Part shown: piece by piece, positions 61,181-64,000 of the stretch
Position numbering within the stretch: position 1 is the stretch's first letter
How the letters are laid out: each line of letters starts with the position of its first letter
Assembly: GCA_963762145.1 (NCBI GenBank)
Contig: CAVXJS010000011.1
Span: forward strand, 96,001-160,000
DNA: 64,000 nt
Direction of reading: 5' to 3'
Source of the DNA: an uncultured Candidatus Rokubacteria bacterium
Lineage (GTDB): Bacteria; Methylomirabilota; Methylomirabilia; Rokubacteriales; CSP1-6
Program-made: the position numbers and the translations under genes
The notes under the pieces: generated by a model
Database searches by the model: none
Seen by the model: the letters and a program-made list of their open reading frames with translations, nothing else
Told to the model about the DNA's origin: nothing

Positions 61181-62205
61181 CCCGGGCGCCCTCCGCCTCG
61201 GGTGCGCGGCTCGCGGTGCTGCTGGTCGGACTCGGCCTCGTGGTGGTGGTCGCCGCGATCGGCGCCCTCTTCCTCGGCAGCGCCCGGGTGCCTCCCGGCG
61301 ACGTGCTGGCGGTCCTCACCGGTCGCGTCCGGGGCGTGGACCAGGTCGTGGTGCTGAGCCTGCGGCTGCCGCGCATCCTGGCCGCCCTGCTCGCGGGCGG
61401 TGCGCTCGCGGTCGCGGGGGCGGGGTTCCAGGCCCTCACGCGCAATCCGCTGGCCGAGCCGTCGGTGCTCGGGGTCTCGAGCGGCGCCGCCTTCGGCGTG
61501 ATCGTCGCGCAGGTGTTCGGGCTCGGCGGCGGGCTCGTGGAGGCGGTCGGCATCGCGGCCTGCGCCTTCGCGGGCGCGCTGGTCGCGGGGGTGGCCGTCT
61601 ACGCGATCGCGTCGCGCGGCGGCGGCCTGCCGGTGCACACCCTCCTGCTGGCCGGGGTCATCGTCGGCATCTTCTTCTCCTCGGCCATCACGGTGCTGAT
61701 CTCGGTCCTGGACTTCGATCGCCTCGGCGGGGTGGTGCACTGGCTGCTCGGCAACCTGGGACCGATCGCGCCCGGAAGCCTCGCCGTCTTCGCGGCCCTG
61801 ACCCTGGTCGGGCTCTGGCTCGTCGTGGGCCAGGCCCGCCCGCTCAACCTCCTCGCGCTCGGAGAAGAAAGCGCCCAGCAGCTCGGCGTGGACGCCGAGC
61901 GGCTCAAGCGCCGCGTCTTCGCGGGCGCCGCCCTGCTCACCTCGGCGGTGGTGGCCTTCGTGGGCCCCATCGGCTTCGTCGGCCTGATCGTGCCGCAGGT
62001 CCTCCGGATGCTGTGCGGGCCGGACAACCGCGTGGTGATCCCGGCGGCGGTCCTGGGCGGCGGCGCCTTCCTGCTCCTGGCCGACACGCTCGCCCGCAAC
62101 GTGGTCGCGCCGGCCGAGCTCTCCGTCGGCGTCATCACCGCGTTCTGCGGCGCGCCGTTCTTCATCTATCTCCTCCGCGCCCGCGCGCCCGAGGTCGGGC
62201 GATGA
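61177..62205 (+). CDS. btuC: Cobalamin ABC transporter permease (FecCD family)
   Basis: LRLPR, RNPLAEP..LGVSSGA, GPIGFVGL.VP. Confidence 0.9.
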   Translation: MTRAPSASGARLAVLLVGLGLVVVVAAIGALFLGSARVPPGDVLAVLTGRVRGVDQVVVLSLRLPRILAALLAGGALAVAGAGFQALTRNPLAEPSVLGVSSGAAFGVIVAQVFGLGGGLVEAVGIAACAFAGALVAGVAVYAIASRGGGLPVHTLLLAGVIVGIFFSSAITVLISVLDFDRLGGVVHWLLGNLGPIAPGSLAVFAALTLVGLWLVVGQARPLNLLALGEESAQQLGVDAERLKRRVFAGAALLTSAVVAFVGPIGFVGLIVPQVLRMLCGPDNRVVIPAAVLGGGAFLLLADTLARNVVAPAELSVGVITAFCGAPFFIYLLRARAPEVGR

Positions 62206-63005
62206 GCGCCCCGCTCGTCGCGTGCGAGCGCGTGGAATTTGCCTACGCCTCCGCCGCGGCGGGGGCCTTCGCCATCCGCGATCTGTCGTTCGAGGTGCGG
62301 CCGGGCGAGACCTTCGGAGTCATCGGCCCGAACGCCTCGGGCAAGACGACGCTGGTGCGCCTGCTGTCCAAGGTGGTGACGCCCTCATCCGGCCGGATCC
62401 GCCTCGACGGCGCGGACGTGGCGGGGCTCTCCGGGGCCCAGGTGGCGCGGCAGGTCGCGGTGGTCCCCCAGGACGTGCTGCGCGGTTTCCCGCACAGCGT
62501 CGAGGAGCTGGTCCTCATGGGCCGCTACCCACGCGCCCCCCGCCGCTTCTTCGAGAGCCCGGAGGATCGCGCCGCCGCCCGGCGGGCCATGGAAGCTGCG
62601 GGCGTGCTCGAGCTCCGGGCGACCCTGCTCGACCGCCTGAGCGGGGGCGAGCGCCAGCGTGTGATGCTGGCGCGGGCCCTGGCCCAGGAGCCGCGCCTGC
62701 TCGTGCTCGACGAGCCCACCGCGCATCTCGACCTCCGCTACCAGGCCGAGTGTGCGGGGCTGCTGCGGCGGCTCGGGCGCGAGACCGGGCTCACCATCGT
62801 CCTCGTCTCCCACGACCTGGGGTTCGCGGCCGAGCTCTGCGACCGCCTCCTGCTCATGGCCGGCGGCGTGGCGGTGCGCGTGGGGCCGCCCGAGGACGTC
62901 ATCGACGAAGCCGTGCTGCAGGCCGCGTACGGCTGCCGCGTCCTGGTGGACAAGCACCCGATCAGTCGCCGTCCGACCGTGCACCTGGTCTACCCGACCA
63001 GCTGA
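62202..63005 (+). CDS. btuD: Cobalamin ABC transporter ATP-binding protein
   Basis: GPNASGKT, LSGGERQR, LDEPT, SHDL. Confidence 0.9.
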   Translation: MSAPLVACERVEFAYASAAAGAFAIRDLSFEVRPGETFGVIGPNASGKTTLVRLLSKVVTPSSGRIRLDGADVAGLSGAQVARQVAVVPQDVLRGFPHSVEELVLMGRYPRAPRRFFESPEDRAAARRAMEAAGVLELRATLLDRLSGGERQRVMLARALAQEPRLLVLDEPTAHLDLRYQAECAGLLRRLGRETGLTIVLVSHDLGFAAELCDRLLLMAGGVAVRVGPPEDVIDEAVLQAAYGCRVLVDKHPISRRPTVHLVYPTS

Positions 63006-63012
63006 AACGAGA

Positions 63013-63229
63013 ACAGGAGGTGACACGACCTAAACAGCAATAAATACAGCAAACAGATCGCAGATCAAGGGAAGCCGGTCCCGGCCGATGTCGAGGCCGA
63101 AGCCGGCACGGTCCCGCCACTGTAAGTGGGGAGTCTCGCCCGATTCCGTGATGGGAGCCACTGGGCCGCCCGAGAGGGCGCCTGGGAAGGCCGGGCCACG
63201 ACGCCGATCCACGAGTCAGGAGACCTGGC
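63013..63229 (+). promoter_or_regulatory. Cobalamin riboswitch 2 (upstream of btuB), variant
   Basis: AGGT...AAGGGAA-gccGGT...CCCGCCACTGTAA...AGCCACTG...TGGGAAGGC...AGTCAGGAGACCTG. Confidence 0.9.
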
Positions 63230-63274
63230 TGCGATCACGGTTGCCAACCCCTTTCGAGGCAAAAGGAGTGGTCG

Positions 63275-64000
63275 ATGCGACAGCACTTGAGGTGGTTTCT
63301 GGGCCTGGTCCTGATCGCGCCGCAGGCGGCGCATGCGCAGGAGCCGAAGAGCGTGGATCCGGTGGTGGTGACGGCGACCGGGGTACCGACCCCGACCCAG
63401 CAGCTGGGGGCCTCGATCAGCGTGGTCAACGGGGACGATTTCCAGACCTATCACTACCCGACCGTGGACGAGGCGCTCCGCAACGTTCCGGGGGTCGAGA
63501 TCCGGCGATCGGGCTCCTACGGGAAGACCTCGAGCATCTCGATCCGGGGGGCCAACTCCAACCAGGTGCAGGTGCTGGTGGACGGTGTGCGGGTCAAGAG
63601 CTCCACGCTCGGGACGGCCGACCTGTCCGACCTCTCTCCCGACCTGATCGATCGGATCGAGATCATCCGGGGAGCGCAGTCGACCCTCTACGGCGCCGAC
63701 GCCATCGGCGGCGTGGTCAACATCATCACCCGGAAGGGAAGCGGGGGGCCCTTCCAGGCCACCATCCAGCAGGAAGGGGGCAACTACGATACCTATGCCT
63801 CGGGGGCGACGATCCGCGGCGCCTACAAGATCTTCAACTACGCGGCGTCGGGCTCCCATTTCGAGAGCAACGGCCAGTATCAGAACGACGGCACGAACGC
63901 CAACGCGTTCAACGTGCGCATCGGGCTGGACCAGCTGCCCTGGGACAGCTCGCTCTCCTTCATCTTCCGCTGGAACAAGAACGACATCGGTGTGCCCGTG
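63275..64000 (+). CDS. btuB: TonB-dependent cobalamin receptor (3'-partial; absent from the ORF track)
   Basis: SD AAGGAG; MRQHLRWFLGLVLIAPQAAHA signal; TonB box DPVVVTAT; plug motifs IRG, VLVDG, RIEIIRG..STLYG..AIGGVVNIIT. Confidence 0.9.
   Translation, partial: MRQHLRWFLGLVLIAPQAAHAQEPKSVDPVVVTATGVPTPTQQLGASISVVNGDDFQTYHYPTVDEALRNVPGVEIRRSGSYGKTSSISIRGANSNQVQVLVDGVRVKSSTLGTADLSDLSPDLIDRIEIIRGAQSTLYGADAIGGVVNIITRKGSGGPFQATIQQEGGNYDTYASGATIRGAYKIFNYAASGSHFESNGQYQNDGTNANAFNVRIGLDQLPWDSSLSFIFRWNKNDIGVPV

Noticed and set aside
63015-63043. Perfect SD AGGAGGTGA suggesting a leader peptide
   Set aside because: No suitably spaced start codon follows, and the AGGT is better explained as the riboswitch 5' strand.

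Overview
High-GC (about 70%) bacterial chromosome window, densely coding, with about 65 genes. No rRNA, tRNA, CRISPR array, transposase or phage gene was seen. The gene content and style suggest a Rokubacteria/Methylomirabilota-like diderm, but this is inference only. Main blocks: (1) three histidine kinase/sigma-54 activator pairs and six candidate sigma-54 promoters; (2) a split corrinoid-dependent methyl-transfer operon (persulfide dioxygenase-rhodanese, corrinoid protein, homocysteine methyltransferase, MetH reactivation domain, aroK, YitJ), plus a separate DUF169-MtaA/URO-D fusion next to a PF13769-like protein; (3) an acetate locus (solute-symporter histidine kinase, sigma-54 regulator, frameshifted antiporter, acs, DUF4212/ActP-like symporter); (4) an ECF sigma factor fused in frame to a signal-peptide-like segment and an extracytoplasmic domain, with no anti-sigma gene; (5) cobalamin salvage genes (cobS, cobC, cobU, cobT, btuFCD, btuB) with two cobalamin riboswitches, split by a block that includes minor type IV pilins. 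The best candidates for undescribed biology are the membrane-tethered pro-sigma ECF, the DUF169-MtaA fusion with the corrinoid operon that lacks a pterin domain, and the CbrAB-type regulator at a CrbSR-type acetate locus. All family calls come from motif recognition by eye, not from database searches.
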